Made by a program: the position numbers and the translations under genes. DNA of 64,000 nt. Origin: an uncultured Bacteroidales bacterium. GTDB lineage: Bacteria; Bacteroidota; Bacteroidia; Bacteroidales; VadinHA17. Location: positions 4,344-68,343 of the forward strand of contig CAWKIC010000027.1 in the NCBI GenBank assembly GCA_963849615.1, read 5' to 3'. Below the pieces are notes generated by a model, which was not told the origin of the DNA, ran no database searches, and was given only the letters and a program-made list of their open reading frames with translations. The first letter of the stretch is position 1. Each line of letters begins with the position of its first letter. This document shows positions 53,817 through 64,000 of the stretch, piece after piece.

Positions 53817-54779
53817 TTACCTGGAATGGCTTTTGAAGAACGACCAGATAATTTCATTGGCATCAATGTCCTTTGAGGTCTTTCCGATTATCCACGCCGG
53901 TAAATACTGAATACCACCGGGCCAGGTATGTCCCCCACCCTCAATAGAATAGAGAATTACTTCACTTCCCTCAATTCCGTCTGTGTAGTGACTTCTTGTT
54001 ACTTTTGTTCCATCCCTGGGGTCTCTGTCAGGTTCTTCTGTCACAACAGGTGTGACCAAACACTTGTTCCGGTTTACCCAGAATTCAACCGATTCATTCA
54101 CTGATAATACTTTGCCGAGCTTGATCCTCCTGATTTTTCCTGTAATATCACCTCCTTCATATGGGATCAGCGGATCATTTAAATTATTGATTGCCAGTAC
54201 TGAAACCGGTCTGGAAGGAGAACATTCCGGGAATAGGAGATACGAAATACTTCCGTCAACGGGGGCAATTGCAGTAATTTTATGTGATATTTCACAGGCC
54301 AGGCGATATGACATAATGGCTCCATTTGATATGCCAGTTATGTAAACGCGTTTAGGATCTATATTATAGTCTTCTATCATGGTATCTATCAATTCGGAAA
54401 TGAAGCCGACATCATTAATATTTTCCCTGTGTGCGCGATCATTGGCCTCTTCATCCATCCTGCCATCATTCCAGTTCAGCTCAATGCCATCGGGATAAAC
54501 CATTATGAATCCATCCCTGTCGGCAAGTTTATTAAAACCTCTGCGGGTAAGGAGAACCATGCTCAATCCGGTCGTTCCCCTTCCATGTAATGCAATTACA
54601 AGGGGGACCTGCACGGAATCACCATAAACTGATGGAAAATGAATGTTAAATGTTCTCTTCAGGCCATCATGAATAAATGAGGTTCTCTGGTCCCTTCCGG
54701 CAAATGCCGGAATAGAAATAAGATTAATGCCAACCAGTATTTTCAAAAATGTAGAAAAACCGGATTTTCCAGATCTCAT
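53817..54779 (-). CDS. LpqC/PHB-depolymerase-family esterase
   Basis: ALHG, YPDG..WN, GISNGA, GGGHTWPG. Confidence 0.88.
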   Translation of the reverse strand: MRSGKSGFSTFLKILVGINLISIPAFAGRDQRTSFIHDGLKRTFNIHFPSVYGDSVQVPLVIALHGRGTTGLSMVLLTRRGFNKLADRDGFIMVYPDGIELNWNDGRMDEEANDRAHRENINDVGFISELIDTMIEDYNIDPKRVYITGISNGAIMSYRLACEISHKITAIAPVDGSISYLLFPECSPSRPVSVLAINNLNDPLIPYEGGDITGKIRRIKLGKVLSVNESVEFWVNRNKCLVTPVVTEEPDRDPRDGTKVTRSHYTDGIEGSEVILYSIEGGGHTWPGGIQYLPAWIIGKTSKDIDANEIIWSFFKSHSR

Positions 54780-54952
54780 AAAAAGGATTTAATTTTCTGA
54801 TATAAATATAGTTATAATCCATGACAATCGACTATACGACCTCTGTCCTGTGGTCTGTCGGTCTACAGGTCGAAGAGGTATCAGAAAGAAACAACGTCAT
54901 TTGGCCGGCTGGTCGATTGGCCTGAAAACCACATTATCTATCTCAGTGATTA

Positions 54953-55624
54953 TCAACCTCCAACCCTCCCAGTGGGGGGCTTAAAGATTATATCAGCGGG
55001 ATTCAGTTCATAGCTGAATCCCTTTTCTGAGGCTTTCATAATTAAGACCTTGAATATTATAAGATTCGCCAGTATCGTTTCAGCTTTCTTAGAAGAAATG
55101 CGGGTAATTTTTCTGAACCTGGATAATGTAATAGATCCATTTTTCAGGAGATAATCCATCAGTGAGTTTTCAGCATTACTGAATTTTACCAGTACACCTG
55201 ACTTCTTCTCCTCTTTTTGCCATACCCGGAGCAATACTTTATTCGCCATAAGGTTCTGATCTTTGTGCCTGAAATATGCCAGCCACCTGCCATCTTCATC
55301 CTTAGCCTGATACGGTCTTTTATTACCTTTGGACACTTCAACCTCCAGAATGGTTTTTTTCCCTGCCTCATGCTGTTTTGTAGTAAAAGCAATTTCGGGC
55401 CGGCAAAATATTTGTGCAGCAGTATCAACCATATAAATTTCTTCATCGGACTTAATTCCTGCTATACTGCCATTATCCCTTACTCCAATGAGTAGCCTCC
55501 CTCCATTGGTGTTTGCAAAAGCTGACAGTGTCCTCGCGATTTTTCTGCTGTCGGAAACACAATACTTAAAGTCAAGCTGTTGATTTTCACCTTCAGCTAT
55601 CAGCTTTCTCAGAGTGGGATCCAT
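54953..55624 (-). CDS. AlbA_2 (Schlafen-like) domain protein with C-terminal HTH
   Basis: GENQQLDFK, AFANTNGG.LLIGV.DNG. Confidence 0.85.
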   Translation of the reverse strand: MDPTLRKLIAEGENQQLDFKYCVSDSRKIARTLSAFANTNGGRLLIGVRDNGSIAGIKSDEEIYMVDTAAQIFCRPEIAFTTKQHEAGKKTILEVEVSKGNKRPYQAKDEDGRWLAYFRHKDQNLMANKVLLRVWQKEEKKSGVLVKFSNAENSLMDYLLKNGSITLSRFRKITRISSKKAETILANLIIFKVLIMKASEKGFSYELNPADIIFKPPTGRVGG

Positions 55625-55744
55625 ATTTACAATTTTGAAATCCTGCTTGTGAACTGCAAAATTACAATTCACTCACATTAAAAACAATGTCTTGCGATCT
55701 GCTGGTCCGCAGATTTTAACATAAGATATTTTCATCTACTGCAT

Positions 55745-55843
55745 TATCTCCCCCCTGGGGGAGATGCCGAGCCTGCGAGGCAGAGGGGGCCCATTTATCT
55801 CCCCCCTGGGGGAGATGCCGAGCCTGCGAGGCAGAGGGGGGGC
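55745..55843. repeat. Tandem duplicate REP-like palindrome (2 x ~50 bp)
   Basis: TTATCTCCCCCCTGGGGGAGATGCCGAGCCTGCGAGGCAGAGGGGG twice. Confidence 0.85.
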
Positions 55844-55897
55844 CGGATTCATTTAATTCCTAACTTGCACCTCTTTAATTAATCCGGATTTCAGACA

Positions 55898-56737
55898 ATG
55901 AAGTCAACCCGTCCAGAATATAATCCGGTAAACGGAAAAACATATTCCCTGTTCGGAAGATCAGGCTCAACGGAAGGATATTATGAAACCATAAGCAACC
56001 TTGCCGATAAGGTCCTTGCTAAAGATCAGGATTTACAGGTTATTGTAGAGGGGATAAAGGAGTTTTCCTCAAGAAAGAGGATGCTGAAAAAGAGTCTGGG
56101 TAGCCGGGATGGCTCGGACAGGATGAGTGTAATCCTTAATCTTATTGATACTCCGCTAAAGATATATACTGAAGATGTCGATGAGCATCTCAGGACCCTG
56201 CCCCTTTCAAAAATATGGGACCGGCGACTTGCAACTACAAGGGAACAGTACCATCTTTATATGCTTGAGATTGAACTGACCAACCGCTTGTTTGTCAGTA
56301 AGTTTCTCAAAGCAGACAGGAAAATAGCATTGATGCCCTATTGTTTGCAGGATTTCTCCGCAAGCTGTAAATCTGCAAAGAACGGATTTGACTATCAGTG
56401 CAAACACTGTTCGGCAAATTGCTTTCAGAGCCATGCGAGTAAGCTACTGGAAGCCCATAATATTGAGCCTTATATCTGGATGGGAGGAAATATGAAGCAT
56501 CTTGCGAAGTATACATTAAATGAAAGGAAAACTTTCGGTGTCCTGGGCATAGCCTGTATCCCTGAGCTGATATCAGGAATGAGGAGTTGCAGCAAAAACG
56601 ATATTCCTGTTATCGGAATCCCGTTGAATGCCAATCGTTGTGTCAGGTGGTTTGGGAAATTCTTCACAAATTCTATTGACCTTGCAAAGCTGGAGAGGCT
56701 TCTGGAATTCGCTCCCTCGTTGTTTTCTGCCCTATGA
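55898..56737 (+). CDS. DUF116 family Cys-rich protein
   Basis: MPYCL...C...CKHC...C, GIACIPEL, GIPL. Confidence 0.75.
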   Translation: MKSTRPEYNPVNGKTYSLFGRSGSTEGYYETISNLADKVLAKDQDLQVIVEGIKEFSSRKRMLKKSLGSRDGSDRMSVILNLIDTPLKIYTEDVDEHLRTLPLSKIWDRRLATTREQYHLYMLEIELTNRLFVSKFLKADRKIALMPYCLQDFSASCKSAKNGFDYQCKHCSANCFQSHASKLLEAHNIEPYIWMGGNMKHLAKYTLNERKTFGVLGIACIPELISGMRSCSKNDIPVIGIPLNANRCVRWFGKFFTNSIDLAKLERLLEFAPSLFSAL

Positions 56738-56793
56738 TTATATTTTTGGTTCTCGCAGAGTTCCGCAGATTGAAATCCGCAGAGTTTCGCTGA
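56706..56793 (-). repeat. Repeat family D, copy 2 (overlaps DUF116 stop)
   Basis: Reverse complement of 49371-49458. Confidence 0.85.
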
Positions 56794-56807
56794 CGAACTC
56801 ACCCCCT

Positions 56808-56952
56808 CCCGATAGCTATCGGGACCCTCTCTGCCCTGCAGCCTGGCTCCTCCCTTAATCCCGCCACTGGCGGGATTTTTAACGGTCGGCCCTGCAAAGA
56901 GGGGTCTTCGGTCTTCTGTCTTCGGTCTTCTGTCTTCCATCTTCCGACTTCT
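56808..56952. repeat. TCCCGATAGCTATCGGGA palindrome, family E copy (56834-56892) and TCTTCTG heptamers
   Basis: Read directly from sequence. Confidence 0.7.
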
Positions 56953-57004
56953 GAATCATTTAACTAAATTTGCCAGTTAATAGATGCATATAAATATTTC
57001 AATT

Positions 57005-58081
57005 ATGACTAAACTCTTCTCATCAATCACCATAAAGAACATCACCCTGAAAAACAGGATAGTCATATCACCTATGTGCCAGTACTCTTCAACGGATGGT
57101 TTTGCAAATGACTGGCACCTGGTCCATCTTGGAACCAGAGCTGTGGGTGGAACGGGACTGATAATTGCAGAGGCAACAGCAGTTTCCCGCGAAGGACGAA
57201 TCACTCCCGGCGACCTTGGTCTCTGGAGCGATGACCATATCGACGGGTTAAGCAGGATCGTGAACTTTATCCATTCTCAGGGCGCTGTTTCGGGGATACA
57301 GATTGCCCATGCAGGAAGGAAAGCCTCATGTGCAGTTCCATGGGAAGGCGGGAAGCAGCTCGATGAACAGCATGGCGGATGGCAGACTGTTGCCCCAACG
57401 GCTCTTCGATTCGTTTCCGGTGACATGCTACCTGAACCTTTGAACCAGGAAGGCATAAACAAGGTTATTTCTGATTTTGCCGCGGCAGCAGGTCGTGCAA
57501 AAAGAGCTGGTTTCAGGGTGCTTGAGATTCACAGTGCACACGGATACCTGTTGCATGAGTTCATGTCTCCCCTGTCAAATCAGCGTATCGATGAATACGG
57601 AGGTTCATTTGAAAACCGTACCCGCATTTTACGGCAGGTTGTCGATGCTGTAAGAAGGGAATGGCCGTCTGAAAATCCTCTTTTTGTACGTATCTCCGCA
57701 ACCGACTGGATGGAAGGAGGCTGGACGATTGAAGATAGCGTAAGGCTTGCTGGCATTTTAAAAGAGATGGATGTTGATCTGGTAGATTGCTCCTCTGGTG
57801 GCAATATTTATAATGCAAAAATACCCATCGAATCGGGGTATCAGGTTCCATTCTCAGAAGCAATCAGGAAAACAGGTATTCTCACCGGAGCGGTCGGATT
57901 TATAACAACTTCAGGGCAGATCGAAACAATTCTTCTGGAAGAGAAGGCTGACCTTGTTCTTCTGGCAAAGGAACTGCTGAGAAATCCGTATTTTGCGCTG
58001 AATGCTGCAAGGGAGGTTGGGGAAGATGTAGCCTGGCCGGTTCAGTATCTCAGGGCTAAGAAAGCCCAGGTAGCCTTGTAG
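57005..58081 (+). CDS. namA: NADH:flavin oxidoreductase (Old Yellow Enzyme, NamA/YqjM-like)
   Basis: SPMCQYS, QIAHAGRKAS, HSAHGYLLHEF, YGGSFENR. Confidence 0.88.
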   Translation: MTKLFSSITIKNITLKNRIVISPMCQYSSTDGFANDWHLVHLGTRAVGGTGLIIAEATAVSREGRITPGDLGLWSDDHIDGLSRIVNFIHSQGAVSGIQIAHAGRKASCAVPWEGGKQLDEQHGGWQTVAPTALRFVSGDMLPEPLNQEGINKVISDFAAAAGRAKRAGFRVLEIHSAHGYLLHEFMSPLSNQRIDEYGGSFENRTRILRQVVDAVRREWPSENPLFVRISATDWMEGGWTIEDSVRLAGILKEMDVDLVDCSSGGNIYNAKIPIESGYQVPFSEAIRKTGILTGAVGFITTSGQIETILLEEKADLVLLAKELLRNPYFALNAAREVGEDVAWPVQYLRAKKAQVAL

Positions 58082-58088
58082 TATACTG

Positions 58089-58320
<232 letters not shown>

Positions 58321-58401
58321 CTTATATTAAACCGGAATTTTACCCTGTCAGATTGTTTATGTATTATTAACTTGAATGATTGAAACCAGAAAGCAGGTAT
58401 T

Positions 58402-59109
58402 ATGAAAAAAATTTGTCTTGTTTTGATTTCGTTGTTTCTGATGTTATCGTCAGAGGCAGATGCCAAAAAAAAGGGCAGATCACTTTTCAATGGAAGGGAT
58501 CTGACCGGTTGGCACCGGGATGTTCCCGAAATGGATAATAATGCTGATGCTGTAAATCCATTTATTGTCCGTAACGGATTGCTTGTCAGCCTCGGGAATC
58601 CGGGGGGACATCTTATTACAGATGAGGTTTATATGAATTACCGTCTTGAAGTTGAGTACCGTTTTGCTGCAAAGCCAGGCAATTGCGGCGTTCTGGTTCA
58701 TGCATCAACTCCACGGATTCTTTACGGTATGTTTCCAAAGTCCATAGAGGTGCAGATGCAGTCCGGAAGTGCAGGTGATTTCTGGTGCATTGGGGAGGAT
58801 ATCACCACCCTCGATATGGAAGTCCGCAGGGGGCCGAGGCAGGAATGGGGCACCACTGAAGGCAAACTGCGTCAGATCAGGAACCTGACTGATAATTCCG
58901 AAAAACCTGTGGGTGAATGGAACAAAATGGTCATCGAATGCGTGGGAAGAGAGGTTAAGGTATGGGTCAATGACGATTTTGTAAACTATGGTTATGGTTG
59001 CACAACCGACAGGGGACAGATTGCCATCCAGGCTGAAGGATCAGAGGTGGAGTTCCGGAAGCTTTTTCTAACGCCAATAAAAAAACTGTCGAAAAAAGAG
59101 AAGAGTTGA
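58402..59109 (+). CDS. DUF1080 (3-keto-disaccharide hydrolase-like) protein
   Basis: LFNGRDLTGW, NCGV, EVQ, GEWN, GQIAIQAEG.EVEFR. Confidence 0.88.
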   Translation: MKKICLVLISLFLMLSSEADAKKKGRSLFNGRDLTGWHRDVPEMDNNADAVNPFIVRNGLLVSLGNPGGHLITDEVYMNYRLEVEYRFAAKPGNCGVLVHASTPRILYGMFPKSIEVQMQSGSAGDFWCIGEDITTLDMEVRRGPRQEWGTTEGKLRQIRNLTDNSEKPVGEWNKMVIECVGREVKVWVNDDFVNYGYGCTTDRGQIAIQAEGSEVEFRKLFLTPIKKLSKKEKS

Positions 59110-59156
59110 AAAGTCAGAGGGCTGCAACTGAATATATTGTGAACAAAAAAACTGCT

Positions 59157-59723
59157 ATGACTGTACCACAGACACTTTATGTGACCAGCAGGGAACAATG
59201 GCGGGATTGGCTTACTGACAATTTCGACAAAACAAAAGAGATCTGGCTTGTTTATCCCAAAAAAAATACCGGAGAGATCAGGATACTTTATAACGATGCG
59301 GTTGAAGAAGCTTTATGTTTTGGATGGATTGACAGTACTGTCAGGACTCTTGACAGAAACAATACGATACAACGGTTTACTCCAAGGAATCCCAGAAGTG
59401 ATTTTTCCCAGGCCAATAAAGAAAGGCTGAAATGGCTTTCAGAGAGAAATATGATCCACCCATCGCTTGAAAAGAATGTTCAATCTATCATTAATATGGA
59501 GTTTGTTTTTCCGGAGGATATAATTGATGCCATAAAAAGGAATAAAACCGCCTGGTTAAATTACCGGAAGTTTTCAGAATCATATAAAAGAATCCGTATC
59601 GCTTATATTGAAGGAGCCCGCAACCGGCCTGATGAGTTCAGAAAAAGACTCGCCAGCTTTCTCAAAAAAACACAGGAAAACAAGCTTGTCAAAGGTTTTG
59701 GAGGGATTGAGAAATATTACTAG
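59157..59723 (+). CDS. YdeI/OmpD-associated family protein
   Basis: WRDWL, AVEEALCFGWIDS, FTPR. Confidence 0.88.
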   Translation: MTVPQTLYVTSREQWRDWLTDNFDKTKEIWLVYPKKNTGEIRILYNDAVEEALCFGWIDSTVRTLDRNNTIQRFTPRNPRSDFSQANKERLKWLSERNMIHPSLEKNVQSIINMEFVFPEDIIDAIKRNKTAWLNYRKFSESYKRIRIAYIEGARNRPDEFRKRLASFLKKTQENKLVKGFGGIEKYY

Positions 59724-59757
59724 CGGAAGAATCGTACAGGTCAGATCAAAAACCTGG

Positions 59758-60945
59758 CTAATCGATCCCTGCCAGCACTGCCCATATTTCAACAAGACCT
59801 GACTGATCGAGCAAAGTTTTGAAATCGTCTTCCTTCTGACCTTTCCAGTCTTTGCTGAACAGGCCATCTTGGTTCCGGACGTGGTCCCATAAATGATTCA
59901 TATTATCCCTGAAAATTTTGATATACTGATCATTTTTATCCACCTGATATAATTTTTCATATCCCCTGAAGAGTATTGAATTAAACCAGGTGCCAGTGTT
60001 TTTGAACAGTCTTATTTTTCCCCCGCTACCTGTTGTGAACTCTTCAGTGAAATAATCAACAGCGGATCCGGCAATATTATGAGCTTCATTGAGATAGATT
60101 TTATTTTCTGTCAGTATGTAAAGCATTACGGCCGCCTGTAACATTTGTCCGCTGTTGTATGTGTATTTTCGAATATCTGTTTTACCCGTCAGACTCATAT
60201 TATCAAAGTAAAGATGATCTGCCGGATCCTGCAGGTTGGCTTTTGTCCAGTCATAGATCCGCACTCCCCACCTGAAATAAGAGCTGTCGCGGGTTGCCTC
60301 AAAAAGTTTAAGAGCCAGCACCGATGAAGGAGCATTGGAACAGGTATTTTTTGAGTTCTTCTTTTGCTCACACCAGTAGATACCGCCACCGAGTTTATCG
60401 TCCCATCCGCTGAGAACAAACTGCCAGATCTTTATAGATTTTTCGAGGTATCCAGTATTCCCGGTAAACATATATAAATCACAAAAGTCAAGCGCCAGCC
60501 AGACATTGTCGTCATAATAGCGGTCCGACTTACCGGTGAGTGTAATGTAAGACTGGTAGCAGGCGGGTTTCCGCAGGGAGTCATAGTATTGGTCAAGTCC
60601 CGGAAGAATCTTTTCCTCAAGCAACCTCAGATACTGGTTGTCACCAGTCGATTTCAATAAAGCATTCACCGCTGAAAATACTCCTGAAGTGGGCCACAGG
60701 TATGCCACACGCTGACCTGTTACTGTATCATCTCCTGCGAGGTATGTTACCCTGTTCCCGGGTTTGTATGGGAAGGTTTCATAAAGCAGGTTATCATGCC
60801 CTGCGTCATATAATTTTAATATCTGCTGAAGGGTTGATTTTGCACGTATCAGGTCATCATTTTGGGCTCTTGCCTGAAAACCCGGCAGACCGGCAATTAA
60901 AATCAGAAATACAGGGAATGCTTTCCGGAAAACTGACATGTTCAT
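59758..60945 (-). CDS. GH76 alpha-1,6-mannanase-like hydrolase
   Basis: YYDDNVW, GGIYW, KNTCSNAP, YTYNSG. Confidence 0.9.
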   Translation of the reverse strand: MNMSVFRKAFPVFLILIAGLPGFQARAQNDDLIRAKSTLQQILKLYDAGHDNLLYETFPYKPGNRVTYLAGDDTVTGQRVAYLWPTSGVFSAVNALLKSTGDNQYLRLLEEKILPGLDQYYDSLRKPACYQSYITLTGKSDRYYDDNVWLALDFCDLYMFTGNTGYLEKSIKIWQFVLSGWDDKLGGGIYWCEQKKNSKNTCSNAPSSVLALKLFEATRDSSYFRWGVRIYDWTKANLQDPADHLYFDNMSLTGKTDIRKYTYNSGQMLQAAVMLYILTENKIYLNEAHNIAGSAVDYFTEEFTTGSGGKIRLFKNTGTWFNSILFRGYEKLYQVDKNDQYIKIFRDNMNHLWDHVRNQDGLFSKDWKGQKEDDFKTLLDQSGLVEIWAVLAGID

Positions 60946-61436
60946 GGTTCAAAATTATAGTTTAGAGTCCATGTTCTGGATTTATCAACGCGGGCCGTGA
61001 TTAATTAGTAGGTTAATCTGAAGCAGGATATTCCGGATCAGTCTCTCCCTGGTACCAACGATCTGTTACCTGTAGGATCTCAAATCTGTCTTGTTCAAGA
61101 GGGAAACACTTTGGATAAATACAATTCGCTTTAAAAGCCGGAGTGACAATTCCACCGATATCGGAATTAATTTGCACCATTTTAATACCCTTACGTGCCT
61201 GTTAACGGCGTTAGGAAGAATTATAAAACGTGTAGCAAACATTAACAGAACGGCACCGAATAAGGACAAGGTAGTACTTTCCATGGTCAGACAAAATTTT
61301 AGCAAGACAACTTCGTTTACATACTAACAGTTTCAAATTTGCCCTGAACCTGACACGGATAAAAATGGACCTAAAGTTCCCTTCAGTCTTTCCCGTTTTT
61401 CCCGGGATGCTAACCCGCATTATTTAACATCCAATT

Positions 61437-62366
61437 ATGAGACTTAGTGCAATCATTCTTTATTTATTATTCTTCACTTCATTTGCTGATTCCCAGGAGC
61501 TGAAGAAGATTTTTGAAAAACAAGACAACAGCTCGTTTGCTGAAGAATATTTTGTTCTTAAAGAGGACAAATCAATAAAACACGGAAAGTATTTAAAATA
61601 CTACGAGAGGCTGTTGGTGGAAAAATATATAAAGCAATTTGGCAGCTATGATCATAATCAAAAAACAGGGGTTTGGTTTTTGTTCAATATATCTCATCCC
61701 CAGAATCCTCTGAACATAGTTGGAGAATATTCAAACGGGGAGAAGACCGGTCCATGGTTTTATTTTTATCCACCAGAACTAAAAGATACAAGTGTTTTAT
61801 CTTTATTAGGATATAAAAAGCTTACTGGTGTAATTATACCCAAAAGAAAGGATCAGGAATTTCGAATAACTATTGATACTACAGGAGTCAGGCTGGCTGC
61901 TACAGGGAATTTTGAAAGCAACAAAAAGACAGGTAAATGGAGCTATTACTCAAAAGAAGGGCAGCTTATTAAGGAATATGATTTTTCAACTAATAAAATA
62001 ATTTCTGGTATACGGAATGACTCCGTCAGCTTCTATATGCTGGGGGGAATGACCCAATTCCATACTCAACTTAACGAAATTCTATTTGAAGAGATCCAGA
62101 AAATAAACGTAATCCAGCCTTCGAATGTAAAGTATGAGATTATAGTCAATGAAAATACGTTATTCGTAAATAATTTAACAGCAACAATAGGTGATCCATT
62201 TGCCGGATTTATTGAAAATTGTATAAAAAATATGCCTTTGGATTGGATTGATTATGACCCTATTTTTGAAAAATTTTCATTTTTCATCGAGATCTATTTC
62301 CGGAATCAGGAAAACGGTTCAGTTTTCAATATCGGCCCCTTAAAACCAAAATTCAGCAAAGATTGA
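61437..62366 (+). CDS. Exported protein with MORN-variant/YwqK-like repeats
   Basis: Repeated G.Y..N.KTG.W..Y units; signal peptide. Confidence 0.7.
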   Translation: MRLSAIILYLLFFTSFADSQELKKIFEKQDNSSFAEEYFVLKEDKSIKHGKYLKYYERLLVEKYIKQFGSYDHNQKTGVWFLFNISHPQNPLNIVGEYSNGEKTGPWFYFYPPELKDTSVLSLLGYKKLTGVIIPKRKDQEFRITIDTTGVRLAATGNFESNKKTGKWSYYSKEGQLIKEYDFSTNKIISGIRNDSVSFYMLGGMTQFHTQLNEILFEEIQKINVIQPSNVKYEIIVNENTLFVNNLTATIGDPFAGFIENCIKNMPLDWIDYDPIFEKFSFFIEIYFRNQENGSVFNIGPLKPKFSKD

Positions 62367-62411
62367 ATAACCAGCAGACTTTCTTGTATTATTGAATCAT
62401 CATCTCCAAGG

Positions 62412-62990
62412 CTATGCAGGAAACTTTCCTGCTGCCGACAGTAAAACCGTCCGGCTTAGACGGACCTTTGGCCATTCAATAATTTCCAAACCAGCTGATT
62501 CTAACCGGTCAATCATCTTTTTGAAGGATCTTCCGGTAACATGGATCTTCGGTTCCACGATCATGACTTTTCCACCTGGATTCAACACAGACTTCAGCTC
62601 CTCAAACAATTGCAGCTGAGAGGGCACTTCATGGACCATCCAGAATGCCAGGACAAAATCAACTTTTTGTGAGGCGCCTATCCGGTTATCCTGACATTTA
62701 TGTATTTCAACTCTTCGTTCCAGATCGGTTCCACTTAGCTTCTCAATCACTTTATCCAGCATGCCCTGCTGAAGATCAGCTGCAATTACCCTGCCTTCAA
62801 CTCCGACAAGGTTCGCCAGCTCAGGTGTAAAAAAACCTGGTCCGCAACCCAGATCAAGTACAGTCATTCCTTTATGAACATAGGCCTCCAGGATCCTGCG
62901 TGGATTATGCACCAGCCTCCTTAACGCGTTATCGAGGCTCCCGGCAAATTCAGCTGGACAGACATATGGATGTTTCTCTTTGGCCACCAA
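62412..62990 (-). CDS. Class I SAM-dependent methyltransferase
   Basis: VLDLGCGPG, LNPGG. Confidence 0.9.
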   Translation of the reverse strand: MVAKEKHPYVCPAEFAGSLDNALRRLVHNPRRILEAYVHKGMTVLDLGCGPGFFTPELANLVGVEGRVIAADLQQGMLDKVIEKLSGTDLERRVEIHKCQDNRIGASQKVDFVLAFWMVHEVPSQLQLFEELKSVLNPGGKVMIVEPKIHVTGRSFKKMIDRLESAGLEIIEWPKVRLSRTVLLSAAGKFPA

Positions 62991-63023
62991 CGATATGAAT
63001 TTGTTTAAATCTTCGATTTTTAT

Positions 63024-63326
63024 TTATAATATGTTGCTTATTGCTACTTGCTTGTTGTTGGTTTTGACATCCTGTCCCCATCCGGCAATTTCGAGCCTGT
63101 AGTGTGAGGTCACCATTCCGGATATCTTAACACCTGCAGACCAGTATTCATATCCGTGCCAGGGACTTGTATCCTCGGTTATGTATTTCGTTGTCAGCCT
63201 TACAGGCATATTCCTACCGCCATTTGCAAAGACTCCGCCCATGATGTCCCTGTCAAAATTCTGATCCTGCGGGTAAATGGCTGTGCAGGTTAAAAATAAG
63301 AGTATATAAAGTGTTGTTTTCTTCAT
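63024..63326 (-). CDS. Hypothetical exported protein (possibly truncated)
   Basis: Signal-peptide-like N-terminus. Confidence 0.45.
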   Translation of the reverse strand: MKKTTLYILLFLTCTAIYPQDQNFDRDIMGGVFANGGRNMPVRLTTKYITEDTSPWHGYEYWSAGVKISGMVTSHYRLEIAGWGQDVKTNNKQVAISNIL

Positions 63327-63416
63327 CTGGTTTGGATAGCCTCATGGCGGGAGAGCTAAGGTATTAATTTTTTATGAAAAAACGCGGGACCACACATCTC
63401 CCTCCTTTCTATGGTC

Positions 63417-63629
63417 CTACTCCTTAGTCTTTCGAAACTCCAGGATGTTCCCCGGCTGACATTTGAGGGCATCGCAAATGGCATCGAGCGTAGACAACTT
63501 AACCGCTTTTGCTTTCCCTGTTTTTAATATGGAGAGGTTTGATACGGTAATGCCAACCAAATCCGAAAGCTCATTTAATTTCATCTTCCGCTTTGCAAGC
63601 ATAACGTCGAGATTGATAATAATAGCCAT
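63417..63629 (-). CDS. XRE/Cro (YozG-like) HTH regulator
   Basis: LDVMLAKRKM...NLSILKTGKAK...CQPG. Confidence 0.9.
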   Translation of the reverse strand: MAIIINLDVMLAKRKMKLNELSDLVGITVSNLSILKTGKAKAVKLSTLDAICDALKCQPGNILEFRKTKE

Positions 63630-63763
63630 ATCTTAAGTTTTAAATTTTTAACAAATTTAATAAATTGGTATTGTATAACAGTAATTAATTTATGTATATT
63701 GGTAAATTTATTACCTGGAACGATAAGAAAAAGAACCACCCAGGGTCTGCCACACATGATGCC

Positions 63764-63980
63764 GGCCTCCACCACATGCCTCCCCTGCAGGCTGGCTCCT
63801 TCCTTCGTTCGCCATAGGCTTGTCGCTTACGCTCTAAAGCTTCAGCGACGGAGCGCCGAAGGCGAAGCGCAAAAATCAGCCACTGGCTGATTTCTTAATG
63901 CTCGGCCCCCACCACGTTCCACCCCTGCAGGCTGGCCCCTCCCTAAAATTGCAGTGGGCAATTTCTTTACGGTCGGTCCC
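63764..63980. repeat. Two tandem family E copies, the first with an inserted REP-like segment
   Basis: CCCCTGCAGGCTGGC at 63782 and 63922; hairpins 63873-63893 and 63946-63964. Confidence 0.7.
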
Positions 63981-64000
63981 CTTTTCAAGGATTACCCTTT

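Noticed and set aside
54953-55624. Schlafen-type anti-phage system
   Set aside because: Short AlbA_2-HTH protein without a partner effector, in a housekeeping context
55745-55843. CRISPR array
   Set aside because: Only two adjacent units, no spacer-length unique sequence, no cas genes
61066-61420. Short ORFs on both strands
   Set aside because: No recognisable motifs or clear start context; coding status unresolved

Overview
Almost the whole window is AT-rich Bacteroidota (Bacteroidales-like) chromosomal DNA with many single-base frameshifts typical of unpolished long reads. The first ~590 bp is a very GC-rich histidine-kinase fragment joined mid-gene, probably an assembly chimera. The main discovery is in ~2.2-29.1 kb, a general-stress/dormancy-type island. 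It encodes YtxH, CsbD-like, lmo0937-like, Thivi_2564-like and AI-2E proteins, GH130/GT4/PIG-L/GH100 sugar enzymes, HPF plus a mini aeRF1-like protein, an ECF sigma, OmpA, M48, a kinase-less CheB-CheR-PAS protein and a YunG-like protein. Eleven promoters in the island share one architecture: TGTRAATNATGTAAC, a second TTATGTAAC at a 21-bp period, then 20-21 bp to a Bacteroidota -7 box (TAnnTTTG-like). I found no copy of this motif beyond 28.7 kb, so it looks like the operator of a possibly uncharacterised regulon whose regulator is not evident in the window. The rest is housekeeping/accessory genes (ABC exporter, ZIP, esterases, RND pump, sbcDC, proC, SPFH, OYE, GH76). Its intergenic spaces hold several families of dispersed palindromic/MITE-like repeats, one with a covarying hairpin. 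No rRNA, tRNA, CRISPR array or transposase was recognised. All family calls come from motif recognition by eye; no searches were run.
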